A stretch of DNA of 64,000 nucleotides, from contig CALVKA010000002.1 of the NCBI GenBank assembly GCA_944332475.1, forward strand, positions 71,147 through 135,146. Direction: 5' to 3'. Below the pieces are notes generated by a model. It saw nothing but the letters and a program-made list of their open reading frames with translations. It searched no databases and had not been told where the DNA came from. The first letter of the stretch is position 1. Each line of letters starts with the position of its first letter. This stretch comes from an uncultured Bacilli bacterium. GTDB lineage: Bacteria > Bacillota_I > Bacilli_A > RF39 > UBA660. Below are positions 45,611 to 56,197 of the stretch, piece after piece. The position numbers and the translations under genes were made by a program.

Positions 45611-46396
45611 CTATCCTGCAATATAAAAAGCATAATCCTCTTCTGTAAAAAATTCTTCTTCTCCATAAACAGAGTAAATTGTAAAAGGTCGATAGGCCAT
45701 TAATTTACCATTTTCAATATAATAATAAACAGAATCCATGTAATCTTCAACACCACGCCACTCTAAAAAGCACTCATAATCACACTCTTCTTCTACAAGA
45801 TAACCTTTATACACTTCTTCCTCATAAAAATCACGAAATTGTATTTCAATTTTTTCTGCAACATCATCCTCTGTTACATCAAACAAAGATAAAACCAGCT
45901 CATCACTCATCAAAGATTGTGTATTTAAATTAAAATTATAAGTATGAAAAGTAACATCAGGAAAAGAATAACCGGAACTATAATCAGACATACGAAGCAA
46001 TAAAGATAAGACTTCTCCATTAACCTGAGAATCATATACCATCAAATTATTACGATTCTCCAAAAAAGAATCTGCATAATTTTGAATTGTTTGATTCACT
46101 GTATTAGCATCTTCACTATCAATATTAACGAAAGGAATTTCGCTATGCATATTCTGACCATTAACAGAAGTATCTATCGTATAAACCAAATATTGAGAAG
46201 TATCCTGCTTAATATAATTATAATTACTATAATAATTTTTATACAAATAATAACCAATCAATAATACAATAAAAACAACAACAACTATCCAAACAAGAAC
46301 TTTTTTCCGACTAAAAGAAGGAAAAGAATGCATTGTCTTTTTCGGTTTAGGTTTTTTTTGAACATTTACATTTCTTTCTTGTACAACACCAAACAT
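45611..46396 (-). CDS. membrane-anchored hypothetical protein (mini-island)
   Basis: 261 aa. Basic cytoplasmic N-terminus, one TM (VLVWIVVVVFIVLLIGYYLY), acidic ectodomain. Confidence 0.5.
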   Translation of the reverse strand: MFGVVQERNVNVQKKPKPKKTMHSFPSFSRKKVLVWIVVVVFIVLLIGYYLYKNYYSNYNYIKQDTSQYLVYTIDTSVNGQNMHSEIPFVNIDSEDANTVNQTIQNYADSFLENRNNLMVYDSQVNGEVLSLLLRMSDYSSGYSFPDVTFHTYNFNLNTQSLMSDELVLSLFDVTEDDVAEKIEIQFRDFYEEEVYKGYLVEEECDYECFLEWRGVEDYMDSVYYYIENGKLMAYRPFTIYSVYGEEEFFTEEDYAFYIAG

Positions 46397-46404
46397 AATA
46401 CCTC

Positions 46405-47253
46405 CTAATTAACTCCGTTAATACGCATAATACCTAAAACACTTCGATATTTATATGACGATGTAAGTTTAATTCCATCTGTTGGATTAGATGCGTGAAT
46501 AATTTCTTCTCCGTTTCCTGTCAATATAGCCACATGCCCATTATACATAACAAGATCTCCTGCCTTAATATTACCATCACTAACCAATGTATAACTACTG
46601 GTATCTGCCCATTGAGAAGAAGTTGAACGTGTTAACTGAATACCGAAATGAGAAAATACACCTTGAACAAACCCACTACAATCTGTAGCAGTATAGGGAA
46701 CCTCTCCATTCCAAGATCCCCCATAAAGATAGGGCTGACCTAAAAATTGTCTAGCATAAGCAACAATAGCTTTCCCAGTAGCACTCCCTTCTCCTACACT
46801 GCCACCATCATCTGTAACTTCTGGAGAATCATACTCTTCAGGGTTAATAACAAAACTCTGCGGAGTACGATTTGTCGTAGAAACATAAGTACTATTTTCT
46901 TGTTTCAAAACTTCTCTAGAAATACTCGCGGTATCCCAACAAGCACCAAGTTGAAAAGTTTCAATATCATCTGGAACCAAACCAATCGCTAAATTAACTA
47001 AAAATGGAACAAAGAAACATAACAAGGCAGCAACAAATTTATTCAACAAACTTTTTTTCTTCTTATCATCATCCGGATTAACCAATAATTGTGTAAACTG
47101 AATCGCTAAAGCAACCATCAAAATAATGGGGACAACTAACTGTATCAAATCTAAAATTTGCTTTAAAACATCAAGAATAGTCAATAACCCATAATCAGTA
47201 CAACAAGTACCTAGTGCTTGACTACAAGATAAAATTTGAAAATATTGATTCAT
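46405..47253 (-). CDS. NlpC/P60 (C40) cell-wall peptidase fused to an N-terminal two-TM hairpin domain shared with T4SS-cluster proteins
   Basis: 282 aa. C-terminal ...YLYGGSWNGEVPYTATDCSGFVQGVFSHFG...GDLVMYNGHVAIL carries the NlpC/P60 Cys/His. N-terminal ...VVPIILMVALAIQFTQLLVNPDDDKKKKSLLNKFVAALLCFFVPFLVNLAIGLV matches the hairpin motif of the 111-aa and 429-aa proteins. Confidence 0.8.
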   Translation of the reverse strand: MNQYFQILSCSQALGTCCTDYGLLTILDVLKQILDLIQLVVPIILMVALAIQFTQLLVNPDDDKKKKSLLNKFVAALLCFFVPFLVNLAIGLVPDDIETFQLGACWDTASISREVLKQENSTYVSTTNRTPQSFVINPEEYDSPEVTDDGGSVGEGSATGKAIVAYARQFLGQPYLYGGSWNGEVPYTATDCSGFVQGVFSHFGIQLTRSTSSQWADTSSYTLVSDGNIKAGDLVMYNGHVAILTGNGEEIIHASNPTDGIKLTSSYKYRSVLGIMRINGVN

Positions 47254-47265
47254 AATCCCACCCCA

Positions 47266-47865
47266 CTATTTTTTTGTGCTAACGGAAATCCCATCTCCAA
47301 TATCGTAAAATTCTGTATCATAATCATGATTGTTTTTCAAAAATTGAATATAATCTTTAATCTTACGAACTAGTCCCTTTAAATTCTTACTTTTAATATC
47401 CTCTTCCTTTTTATCCACCAAACCATGAAACTTTAAATTATCTGTAATAATAAATCCACCTGACATTAAATTACGACTAAACAATTCAAAAAAATGAATA
47501 TTTTGTGCCTTTGCAGCATCAATAAAAATCAAATCAAACGTTTCTTCTAACTTAACATTCAAAGCATCCTGATAAATCAAAGTAATTCTATCTTCTAAAC
47601 CAAAAACTTTAATATTTTTTACCGCTTCCAAATAACGATCTTTATCTCGCTCAATCGTAGTTACTTTTACATTAGGGTCAACTAATGCCATCCTAATAGC
47701 AGAATACCCAATCGCTGTCCCAATTTCTAATATATTAGTGACATGATGTTTTAAAATAAAGGTGGTCAAAAAATCAATACCATCATCCATCATAATTGGT
47801 ACATTATTCTTCTCTGCATATTCCTTCATTTGTCTAATGAAAGCATGTTGATCTACCATATCCAA
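47266..47865 (-). CDS. class I SAM-dependent O-methyltransferase (YrrM-like)
   Basis: 199 aa. ...ILEIGTAIGYSAIRMA... SAM-binding motif. Conserved position next to mltG. Confidence 0.8.
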   Translation of the reverse strand: MDMVDQHAFIRQMKEYAEKNNVPIMMDDGIDFLTTFILKHHVTNILEIGTAIGYSAIRMALVDPNVKVTTIERDKDRYLEAVKNIKVFGLEDRITLIYQDALNVKLEETFDLIFIDAAKAQNIHFFELFSRNLMSGGFIITDNLKFHGLVDKKEEDIKSKNLKGLVRKIKDYIQFLKNNHDYDTEFYDIGDGISVSTKK

Positions 47866-48923
47866 TCACCTGCATCTTTAATTTCTTGTACTCTAGCTTC
47901 GTGTTCTGCCAACGTATTCGAATAATATATATTACCATTCTTATCAGCTACAAAATATAAATAGGTACTATCCGTCGGCTCAATACTAGCTTCCAAACTT
48001 GATAACGTTGGATTACAAATTGGTCCTATTGGCATTTGCCCAGCCATATTTGATGCTCTAGTATTATAAGGATTAACCGTGGCAAATTGATCAGTCGTTA
48101 AATCACTAGTCATCGGATATTGTAAAGCATAATAAGTTGTTACATCACTACCCAAATTCATATTAGTAGCAAGTCGATTCTCAAAAATACCAGCAATCAT
48201 TTTTCTATTTTCTGTATTTGTTCCTTCTAATTCTAACATAGATGCCATTGTCATATAGTAATGAACATTATCTTGAATCTTGCTTCGATAAGGTTCCAAT
48301 TCTTTCTCCATCTCATCTAACATAGCCTCTACAATAGTAGAAATACTAACATCTTTATTTTCAAATTGATAAGTATCTGGTGCTAAATATCCCTCTAACG
48401 GATAATAAATTCCATCTTGCAATATAGAATCTGTTAAAAACCAATACTTATCCATTAAGTTACTCAAAAAAGTAGCATCATTAATTGCATTTAAAAACTC
48501 TGTTTCGGAATGATTCGTTGCCGCAGCAACATCTTCTGCAAAATCCGTAATTCTTTCTCCCTCTTTAAAAGTAATAGAAATAGCATCAGGATTATAATTA
48601 CTACCAGAAGATAAAGCTTCAATAATATCTTCCATAGACATATCTCTACTAAATTGATAAGTAGAAGCCTGTAAATATAAATTCCCTTTACTCTTAACAG
48701 TAATCATAAATACAAACTCATTTCGAATCAAGTCATTATCTTTTAATATTTTCGCAATTCCAGAAACACCAGTACCACTTGGAACATCAACTTCTATTTT
48801 TTCATGGTCATCCTTATTTACAGGACTCGCTAAAAATAGATAAACTGCCGATAATAATATCAAAAGAGAACCAGTCACAACTAAAAAAATTAGTAATGGT
48901 TTTGGTCTTCTTCGTACTACCAT
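47853..48923 (-). CDS. mltG: endolytic murein transglycosylase MltG (YceG-like)
   Basis: 356 aa. N-terminal TM followed by a YceG-like domain. Conserved ruvX-DUF1292-mltG synteny. Confidence 0.85.
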   Translation of the reverse strand: MVVRRRPKPLLIFLVVTGSLLILLSAVYLFLASPVNKDDHEKIEVDVPSGTGVSGIAKILKDNDLIRNEFVFMITVKSKGNLYLQASTYQFSRDMSMEDIIEALSSGSNYNPDAISITFKEGERITDFAEDVAAATNHSETEFLNAINDATFLSNLMDKYWFLTDSILQDGIYYPLEGYLAPDTYQFENKDVSISTIVEAMLDEMEKELEPYRSKIQDNVHYYMTMASMLELEGTNTENRKMIAGIFENRLATNMNLGSDVTTYYALQYPMTSDLTTDQFATVNPYNTRASNMAGQMPIGPICNPTLSSLEASIEPTDSTYLYFVADKNGNIYYSNTLAEHEARVQEIKDAGDWIW

Positions 48924-48949
48924 AAATACCCCTCCAGAAAAATAAAGAG

Positions 48950-49246
48950 CTATTGCTCATTATCATGATTATTATTTTGTTGTTTTTTAACTTCCTCTTG
49001 TAAAGTTTCAAGGATAGTTTCAATAACTTTCCACTCTTTCTCTGTCTCAATAGCTTCTAATTTACTATGAGGATCATTTGGATTATAAATAGAAGCATAA
49101 ACCTCTACATTTCCAGCCTCGTCCTTTGTATTATCTGTATAAACAATATAGTTTTTATGAGTTTCTTCACTTTCAAATGTAAACAAAACATCGTAAACAA
49201 TTTCGTTACCATTCTCATCAATCATCGTAAAACTATTTTTCTTCAT
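48950..49246 (-). CDS. DUF1292 (UPF0473/YrzB-like) protein
   Basis: 98 aa. Acidic. The ...IVYDVLFTFESEETHKNYIVYTD... core is conserved. It sits between ruvX and mltG. Confidence 0.7.
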   Translation of the reverse strand: MKKNSFTMIDENGNEIVYDVLFTFESEETHKNYIVYTDNTKDEAGNVEVYASIYNPNDPHSKLEAIETEKEWKVIETILETLQEEVKKQQNNNHDNEQ

Positions 49247-49662
49247 CTATTCTTCTCCTTATCTAAAAATGTCTGTAATATTATAGTTGCTGCTACACTA
49301 TCGACAACTTTCTTTCTACCTTTTCTAGACACATCAGCAGAAATCAGCATATCAGTAGCACTCTTAGTAGATAATCTTTCATCTTGTAAATAAACAGGAA
49401 TTGATAACACTTTTTCTAATTCTTTTTGAAATTTTAAACTAAGTTCTCCCTTAGGACCAATCGAATTATTCATATTCTTAGGAAATCCCAACACAATAGC
49501 ATCAATTTTTAATTCATTTACTAAATCCGAAACTTCCTTTACCAACCTAGCATATTCTTCACGATGACGAATAACACCATAATTTGATGCAATCAATCCC
49601 ATAGAATCACTAGTTGCAATTCCTAAAGTACGGCTTCCTAAATCTAACCCTAAATATTTCAT
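49243..49662 (-). CDS. ruvX: Holliday-junction resolvase-like pre-16S rRNA nuclease RuvX/YqgF
   Basis: 139 aa. MKYLGLDLGSRTLGIATSD... is the YqgF N-terminus. Confidence 0.85.
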   Translation of the reverse strand: MKYLGLDLGSRTLGIATSDSMGLIASNYGVIRHREEYARLVKEVSDLVNELKIDAIVLGFPKNMNNSIGPKGELSLKFQKELEKVLSIPVYLQDERLSTKSATDMLISADVSRKGRKKVVDSVAATIILQTFLDKEKNR

Positions 49663-49916
49663 TTACGAATACGATAAAAGTCTTGTAATAAAACCTCAAT
49701 AATCTTCGCACGATCAATTTGCTGAATCTTATTTCGTGCATCTTGATAACTAGAAATATAACCAGGATCACCACTAATCAAATATCCAACAATTTGATTA
49801 CTAGGATTATATCCTCTCTCCTCTAAAGAATCCCATACTTCACTAAGAATATTCCGCACTAAATTACTATCAATATCCTTAACATTAAATAGACTAGTTT
49901 TATCCTGTGACATCAA
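49659..49916 (-). CDS. ireB: IreB/UPF0297 family protein (DUF965)
   Basis: 85 aa. Conserved partner gene immediately upstream of ruvX in Firmicutes. Confidence 0.7.
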   Translation of the reverse strand: MMSQDKTSLFNVKDIDSNLVRNILSEVWDSLEERGYNPSNQIVGYLISGDPGYISSYQDARNKIQQIDRAKIIEVLLQDFYRIRK

Positions 49917-50000
49917 ATCACCTCACTATAATATAATTCTATTCTAACATTGATTCCCATCAATTACAACCAAAAAAGGAATATTACACACGTAATATTC

Positions 50001-51152
50001 CTAAACAACATAGACAAAAGCCATATAAATAGCAAAGGCTAAAAAGATAGCTGTAATAATCCATCCATTAACTTGTTCAAACCAACTGCTCTTATCTTTA
50101 ACCCCTAAAGCAATAGACATTAAAGTACCACCAATAAGTCCACCAATATGAGCAAAATTATCAACACCAGATAAGCAGAATCCTAATATTAAGTTCAAAA
50201 CGATAAGTGGAATAATTTGACTTTTTACAACATTTCCTAAATAAACTCGATAATGATATCCAAAATATACCAAGGCACCCATTAAACCAAAGATAGCACC
50301 GCTGGCACCAATAGAAGCATAATTACCACCAAAAATCATAGAGAAAAGTGCTCCACTAATACCAGCAACTAGATAAATAATCAAAAATTTCACTCTACCC
50401 AAATAATTTTCTACTTGTGCTCCTATGACATACAAAGCATAACAATTAAATAATAAGTGGAAAATACCACCATGTAAGAAAATACCTGTTAGTAAACGAT
50501 AATACTGTCCTTCACGAATAGCAGGTCCCCAAATAGAATATCCATTAATCAAATCATTATATTGTCCAAACAAAATAGGAACTACATACAAAATAACATT
50601 AACAGCAATCAACCAATAAGTAATCATTGGAAAACGATTCTTAAAAACTGCATTAATCTTTTTAGCATCCTTCTTATTATGCTCATTAATATCACTCGTA
50701 ATCTTAGCAAATAATGCTATTCCCTTTTCATTAAACTTAAGTTTTTTAGTTAAATCAGGAAAGAACTTTTTAATAACTGGACTCTTCTTAAAATCAGCTT
50801 CCGTATTAATTTTAATACACTCAACATGAGGAATAGCATGAATATCTTGACTAACATTATCACCCATATCCAAAAAAATACTTAATGTATTCATCTTAAA
50901 AGACAACGTCTTCTTCTTTATCTTTTTTACAATTCTCTTCGTTTTAAACATATCAAAATTAAACTGTTCATCATTATGAATATATCCAGAAACAATTCGA
51001 ACGACTTCATAATCTTCATCCAAATTTTCTAACCAAATTTCATTTTCAACCCCTTGTAAAATAATAGGATTATAATTTTTATCTATAATAAAATAATGAA
51101 GTAACTTCATGACAAGAACATTCTTATCATCCATTAAAATTTCATTTTCCAT
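50001..51152 (-). CDS. rhomboid-family intramembrane serine protease with a roughly 170-aa cytoplasmic N-domain
   Basis: 383 aa. GASGAIFGLMGALVYFGYH (GxSG) and AHIGGLIGG (catalytic His) in a six-TM core. Confidence 0.8.
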   Translation of the reverse strand: MENEILMDDKNVLVMKLLHYFIIDKNYNPIILQGVENEIWLENLDEDYEVVRIVSGYIHNDEQFNFDMFKTKRIVKKIKKKTLSFKMNTLSIFLDMGDNVSQDIHAIPHVECIKINTEADFKKSPVIKKFFPDLTKKLKFNEKGIALFAKITSDINEHNKKDAKKINAVFKNRFPMITYWLIAVNVILYVVPILFGQYNDLINGYSIWGPAIREGQYYRLLTGIFLHGGIFHLLFNCYALYVIGAQVENYLGRVKFLIIYLVAGISGALFSMIFGGNYASIGASGAIFGLMGALVYFGYHYRVYLGNVVKSQIIPLIVLNLILGFCLSGVDNFAHIGGLIGGTLMSIALGVKDKSSWFEQVNGWIITAIFLAFAIYMAFVYVV

Positions 51153-51280
51153 CTAATCCCTCCAAAATACTAATAATATTATATACTAAAACATCGATTA
51201 AGTAAATCCGTTTTTATTTTAACCAATGGAAATCAACATAAAAAAAATAAAATAACATAAAATAAAAAAAGAGGTGTTTT

Positions 51281-51739
51281 ATGAAATCTATTTTTAAATT
51301 TATTATAATTTTACTTCCTTGGTTTCTCTCTTCCCTAACTCCAATCAATAAAACATATTATGATTCTCTAAATCTACCATTCTTCGCTCCACCACAAATA
51401 GTATATGGTATTATTTGGACCATTATTTACATCCTAATAGCTATCAGTATATATCAACTAATCAAGTTTCACAATAAAAAGGATATACCTAATTCTTATA
51501 AGTATACCCTACTAATAAATTATATTGCTAATCAATCTTTTCAACCCATCTTTTTCTTATTAAAAAGTAACTTCCTAGCCTTCCTATCTTGTATTACAAC
51601 CTTCATCTCATCATTATTCCTATATAAAGAAACAAAAGACTTACAAGAAAGAAGTGCCAAATTTCTGATTCCATATATCCTATTTAGTCTCTTTGCAACT
51701 ATTCTTTCTCTAACTATTTACTTATTAAATCTTACTTAG
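51281..51739 (+). CDS. TspO/MBR-family membrane protein
   Basis: 152 aa. [31 protein letters not shown] fits the TspO Y..L.KP.F.PP..VFG.VWT.LY.L.G.S signature. Confidence 0.6.
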   Translation: MKSIFKFIIILLPWFLSSLTPINKTYYDSLNLPFFAPPQIVYGIIWTIIYILIAISIYQLIKFHNKKDIPNSYKYTLLINYIANQSFQPIFFLLKSNFLAFLSCITTFISSLFLYKETKDLQERSAKFLIPYILFSLFATILSLTIYLLNLT

Positions 51740-54008
51740 CAATATGCTTACTATATTCACGAGCTACAGACAAATATTTTTGTAGCTCTTTTTCTAATTC
51801 AGAAAAGTGTTCCTCACAAAAGGAAAGATTATTCTCTTTACTCTTAAGTTCATGTTGATAAGCAATATCTGCAAATGACATAAATCCTAAATATTTAGCA
51901 TCGCTTTTCATAGAATGAACTAAAATCGCATAATTAGCCATATCCTTATCCGCCAAATATTTCTTTAAATCCGAAAGCTTACCATCAATCTCTTCCAAAT
52001 AATCATGAAGAGTCATATGGTACATTTCCATATCACCCAAAAGGTCTAATGCATGATCAATATCAACACCATGATCTCTTAAATAAGACTCATCATAAGT
52101 ATTACTTTTAGAAGAAGTATCTTCTACTTCCAACAATTCAGGAAATTCCAACTGTTGTGTAACACTATCCTCTAAATGTAATAAAGTTGCAAAAACACGT
52201 ATCAACTCGTCTTTTTCAATAGGTTTTGCTAAATATTCATCAAAACCATCATTTAAATATTTTTCTCTCATACCAGTAATAGCATTAGCTGTTAAAGCAA
52301 CAACAGGAGTAGAAAAATTAGGTAACTTCTTTAACTCATGTAAGGTTTGAACACCACTCATTTTAGGCATCATATCATCTAGCAAAATAATATCATAAAC
52401 TTCCCCAGACATAACTTTTTCTAAACAATGATATCCACTATCAACACACTCTACTGTAGCATGATATCTACTTAACAATTGATTCGAAACCTTTAAATTC
52501 AAAGTATTATCATCAACAACCAACACACGATAACCATCCAAGTTCAAATTGGTAATAGTCGTCTTTTTAGTATGTTGTAGTGCACTTTCCTTTTCAATTG
52601 GTTGATCCAAAATAATCGTAAATTTAGACCCTTCTCCATAAACAGTATGAACAATAACTTTACCACCCATTAACTCAACCAACTGTTTCGTAATTGCAAG
52701 ACCCAAACCAGTACCTTCTATTGTCGTATTACGATCCTCTTCCAATCTTTGAAACTTAGTAAACAACTTATCAATATTTTCCTTCTTAATACCACGACCA
52801 GAATCCTCAACAGAAATAATCAAACGACAGCGATTCTGATTATTAACACAATTTACTTCATAACGAACAAACCCATGATCCGTATATTTAGAAGCATTAC
52901 TTAAAATATTAGTAACAACCTTTTTGACATTTGTATGATCTCCATATAAAACCTTAGGTAAATCAGGAGCAATATACACCTGAAAATCAAGCCCTTTCTC
53001 ATCCATCCTAGGTTTAATTAACTTAGCAAGATTACTAAATAATTCTCTCGCATCATAAGGAGAATTTATAATCTCTAACTTGCCAGCTTCTATCTTAGAA
53101 ATATCCAAAATACCATTAACAATCTCTAACAAAGTATTAGAAGCACTAACAATATCTTTTGCATTATCCTTAGCTTCTTCCAACGTATTAGCATGACAAA
53201 CAGAATCACTAAAACCAACAATAGCATTTAATGGAGTACGAATCTCATGTGACATACTAGACAAAAAATCAGTCTTAGCTTGATTAGCCTTATCAGCTTG
53301 CTCTTTCGCAAGTTCCAATTGATTAATCATCTTGATATCAGGATTTTCTATTGTATTATACATTAAAAATATTAAAAATGTTTCCATTGAAGTAGCAATC
53401 GTAAGCGCTGGATTAAGTTTTTGAACTATCGTTGTAAAAATTATTCCAACTACAAAAACAAATAATGGCAAATACTTCTTTTTCTTAATATTACGTATAT
53501 TGCAAACCATTGAAACAATACAAATAAGCCCACAAACACCAGAAACTAAATACACCAAATTAGCAGCCAAACCATACGAATAAGTAAAACCATTGCCAGA
53601 ATATAATTCAATCGGTAAACAAAATAATAAAACTGCACAAAAAGCAAAAATACCAAAAATAATTTTTCTTAATTTTAAATATTTGCCGGGAGTAGTACTT
53701 TCATCAATTTTAATAAATGTGACAAAAATAACATACATACTGAATAAGAAAGCAAAACTCATTAAATAAAGTAAAAATAATTTATTAATAATAGTAGTCC
53801 AAATTGTAATTGGAAAATATAACAAAGAATATGTACATATAAATTCTAATAATAATCCAACTAAATTACTAGCTACCAAAACACTAAAAATACGATTTTC
53901 ATAAGTATTAATATGTTTTTTTGTAAAATACATTAAATTTAATGTTAAAGAATAAAATAAACTTACACAAATCAATACTAGACTAACATTAATTTCCATC
54001 AACAACAC
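51732..54008 (-). CDS. hybrid sensor histidine kinase: multi-TM sensor, HisKA, HATPase, receiver and HPt domains
   Basis: 758 aa. H-box [15 protein letters not shown]-boxes, receiver ([10 protein letters not shown]...[14 protein letters not shown]) and C-terminal HPt-like [12 protein letters not shown]. Confidence 0.85.
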   Translation of the reverse strand: MLLMEINVSLVLICVSLFYSLTLNLMYFTKKHINTYENRIFSVLVASNLVGLLLEFICTYSLLYFPITIWTTIINKLFLLYLMSFAFLFSMYVIFVTFIKIDESTTPGKYLKLRKIIFGIFAFCAVLLFCLPIELYSGNGFTYSYGLAANLVYLVSGVCGLICIVSMVCNIRNIKKKKYLPLFVFVVGIIFTTIVQKLNPALTIATSMETFLIFLMYNTIENPDIKMINQLELAKEQADKANQAKTDFLSSMSHEIRTPLNAIVGFSDSVCHANTLEEAKDNAKDIVSASNTLLEIVNGILDISKIEAGKLEIINSPYDARELFSNLAKLIKPRMDEKGLDFQVYIAPDLPKVLYGDHTNVKKVVTNILSNASKYTDHGFVRYEVNCVNNQNRCRLIISVEDSGRGIKKENIDKLFTKFQRLEEDRNTTIEGTGLGLAITKQLVELMGGKVIVHTVYGEGSKFTIILDQPIEKESALQHTKKTTITNLNLDGYRVLVVDDNTLNLKVSNQLLSRYHATVECVDSGYHCLEKVMSGEVYDIILLDDMMPKMSGVQTLHELKKLPNFSTPVVALTANAITGMREKYLNDGFDEYLAKPIEKDELIRVFATLLHLEDSVTQQLEFPELLEVEDTSSKSNTYDESYLRDHGVDIDHALDLLGDMEMYHMTLHDYLEEIDGKLSDLKKYLADKDMANYAILVHSMKSDAKYLGFMSFADIAYQHELKSKENNLSFCEEHFSELEKELQKYLSVAREYSKHIAK

Positions 54009-54072
54009 CTTCTCTAGTATAAATTATAGTAAAAATAAAAAAATAAGTAAAGAAAAAGGACGAAATCTCGCC

Positions 54073-56037
54073 CTATTTACTTAATTTTTTATGTGCATCA
54101 GTTGAAGAATATTGACTTGGTGTCGTAATGACAAATTCACCATCACGATAAACTGGTTTAATACACTTTTCTGTAATACCTTCATCTTCTAATGCAGTAA
54201 AATCTCTTTTACCACTACTGGTTAAAGGAAATGATTCTTGATTACTATGAACTCTAAAGAAAACTTTATCTGCTATTTCTTCACCCAACATTTCTGTACA
54301 ACGAATATCAGCTGAAACAATTGTATCTAAAATAGAAGATATTGTTTTTGCTTTTCCTGGTTGCATTTCAACATGGGCAATAAATAACGGTTCATCACTA
54401 CCTTCACACTCTGCTTTTACTACTTCACAAGATAAAATGTTTTTAGTATCACGTAAAATGCTATCAGCCACAACAAAGTTAGGTATTTCTTCTTCACCTT
54501 TTTCAGGAATTCTACCTTTCATATAAATAGCTCCATTTTTATCTAGATATCCGTAAACATTACAATCTCCCCAGACTTTTCCATCTGCATCTTTAATAAA
54601 GAATTCTTCTGTTGCTTCAGGATTATTTTTATATTTTTTCATATTACATGGAGAATTTGCCACAAGTCTACCCAATTCATTAGGTAAACAATGATTACCA
54701 TCACTATCTAAAACTGCAACTTCTACCATCTGAAATGGATTTAATCCACGTGGTTCATCTTTAAAGGCATAACCAGGAGTCTTACTTTGTAAAGAACGGA
54801 AAAGCAACCAAAAGATACCACCATGTTCACAATCTCCACCTGCAACAGACATTGTAACTGGTGAAACAGGTAACGGTATCATATTCTTACCAGCTTTAGC
54901 TTTACGTAATGCCTTATTAAGAAACTTTTCTTCATTTTTTTCTAACGGTTCACCAACCGCAAAAGCTAACAACAAATTAGGCAACTTTACATTTCTTCCA
55001 CCCAAAATTTCTTTTGCAGCTTGAATCCAAAAACTACGTGTTGCTACTACATAAGTTGGTTGATTAATAATTAAGGAATTTAAAAAGAAATCTTTATCAT
55101 AAATAGGTTCTAAAGCTAATTTAGAGCCTTGCATTAAAGCATCTGAAATACTTGAAATAATATCCGTATTAGAATGTGTTGGAATATGAGCTTGAATTGT
55201 AAAATCTTTCATTGATGTTGTTTTTTGCACCTCAGGATCATGACATCTTCCAATTGTAATTAAACTTCTAATCGCATGAACAATTGCTTTTGGACGACTA
55301 GAATGCGTAGAACCGCTTGTATAAGTAATTAAAAACTCATCATCAAGTCCACAATCAGAAAAAATCTCTCCTTTATAATTTTTACCTAAATCATAAAAAT
55401 CCGTAATTGACATACATTTAGAATTGTCTCTACACACTTCATCTATTGTATCAACCATACGACCATGAATATCATCAAAACCTTGATATGGATCAATATC
55501 ATTTAAAAGCGAACTTCTAAGAGAAGAAACAACAATATTTTCTACTTTTGAATTACGAATTGCCTCTGCAATTTTTGGATACTTTCCATCTTCCACAAAC
55601 ATAACATTTGTATCACAATCATTTATTATTTCTGTTATATATTGTGGATCAAAATCATTAGCAAAAATATTAGCTTTCGCACCAATAATACTTATTGCAC
55701 CTAATAAATAAACTAATTCTGGTGTATTAGACATACAAATAGGAATTTCCATACCCTTTTCTATACCTAATTTTTTCAATGACTTAGCATAATCTCTCAT
55801 AGTAGAAAACATTTCATCATAAGTAATTTCCCTACCACGATACTTTAACGCAATATCACTCAAATTATCTTTATTTCTTGTATAAAGCTCTTGATACCAA
55901 GAATGATTATGATTTTTTTCTAAATCATCAAGCACTCTTGCAATAAACTCTTCATTACTTTCTTCTAATATTCCTGATTTACCTAAAAGTTTAACCTTTT
56001 TTCCAACTAATTCTTGTATTTTTTCTAAGTTAATCAT
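54073..56037 (-). CDS. AMP-dependent synthetase/ligase (adenylate-forming enzyme family)
   Basis: 654 aa. AMP-binding motif I variant LITYTSGSTHSSRPKAIVH. Confidence 0.65.
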   Translation of the reverse strand: MINLEKIQELVGKKVKLLGKSGILEESNEEFIARVLDDLEKNHNHSWYQELYTRNKDNLSDIALKYRGREITYDEMFSTMRDYAKSLKKLGIEKGMEIPICMSNTPELVYLLGAISIIGAKANIFANDFDPQYITEIINDCDTNVMFVEDGKYPKIAEAIRNSKVENIVVSSLRSSLLNDIDPYQGFDDIHGRMVDTIDEVCRDNSKCMSITDFYDLGKNYKGEIFSDCGLDDEFLITYTSGSTHSSRPKAIVHAIRSLITIGRCHDPEVQKTTSMKDFTIQAHIPTHSNTDIISSISDALMQGSKLALEPIYDKDFFLNSLIINQPTYVVATRSFWIQAAKEILGGRNVKLPNLLLAFAVGEPLEKNEEKFLNKALRKAKAGKNMIPLPVSPVTMSVAGGDCEHGGIFWLLFRSLQSKTPGYAFKDEPRGLNPFQMVEVAVLDSDGNHCLPNELGRLVANSPCNMKKYKNNPEATEEFFIKDADGKVWGDCNVYGYLDKNGAIYMKGRIPEKGEEEIPNFVVADSILRDTKNILSCEVVKAECEGSDEPLFIAHVEMQPGKAKTISSILDTIVSADIRCTEMLGEEIADKVFFRVHSNQESFPLTSSGKRDFTALEDEGITEKCIKPVYRDGEFVITTPSQYSSTDAHKKLSK

Positions 56038-56197
56038 ATTATGCCCCCTCTTAACAAAAAAGCAGCATCAAAAAGAGTTTAAAACTCTAAAGATACTGCT
56101 TAATAGTTAAATTAAATTTGTCTGTTAGTACATTATACATAGTACCACATCCCCCAAACACCATTATTTTACTAAAAAACTTCAACTTTTGCAAGTA

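Noticed and set aside
50001-51152. Candidate prepilin peptidase for the pilin-like proteins
   Set aside because: The sequence has the rhomboid GxSG/His catalytic dyad and six-TM core, not the twin-Asp A24 prepilin peptidase signature.
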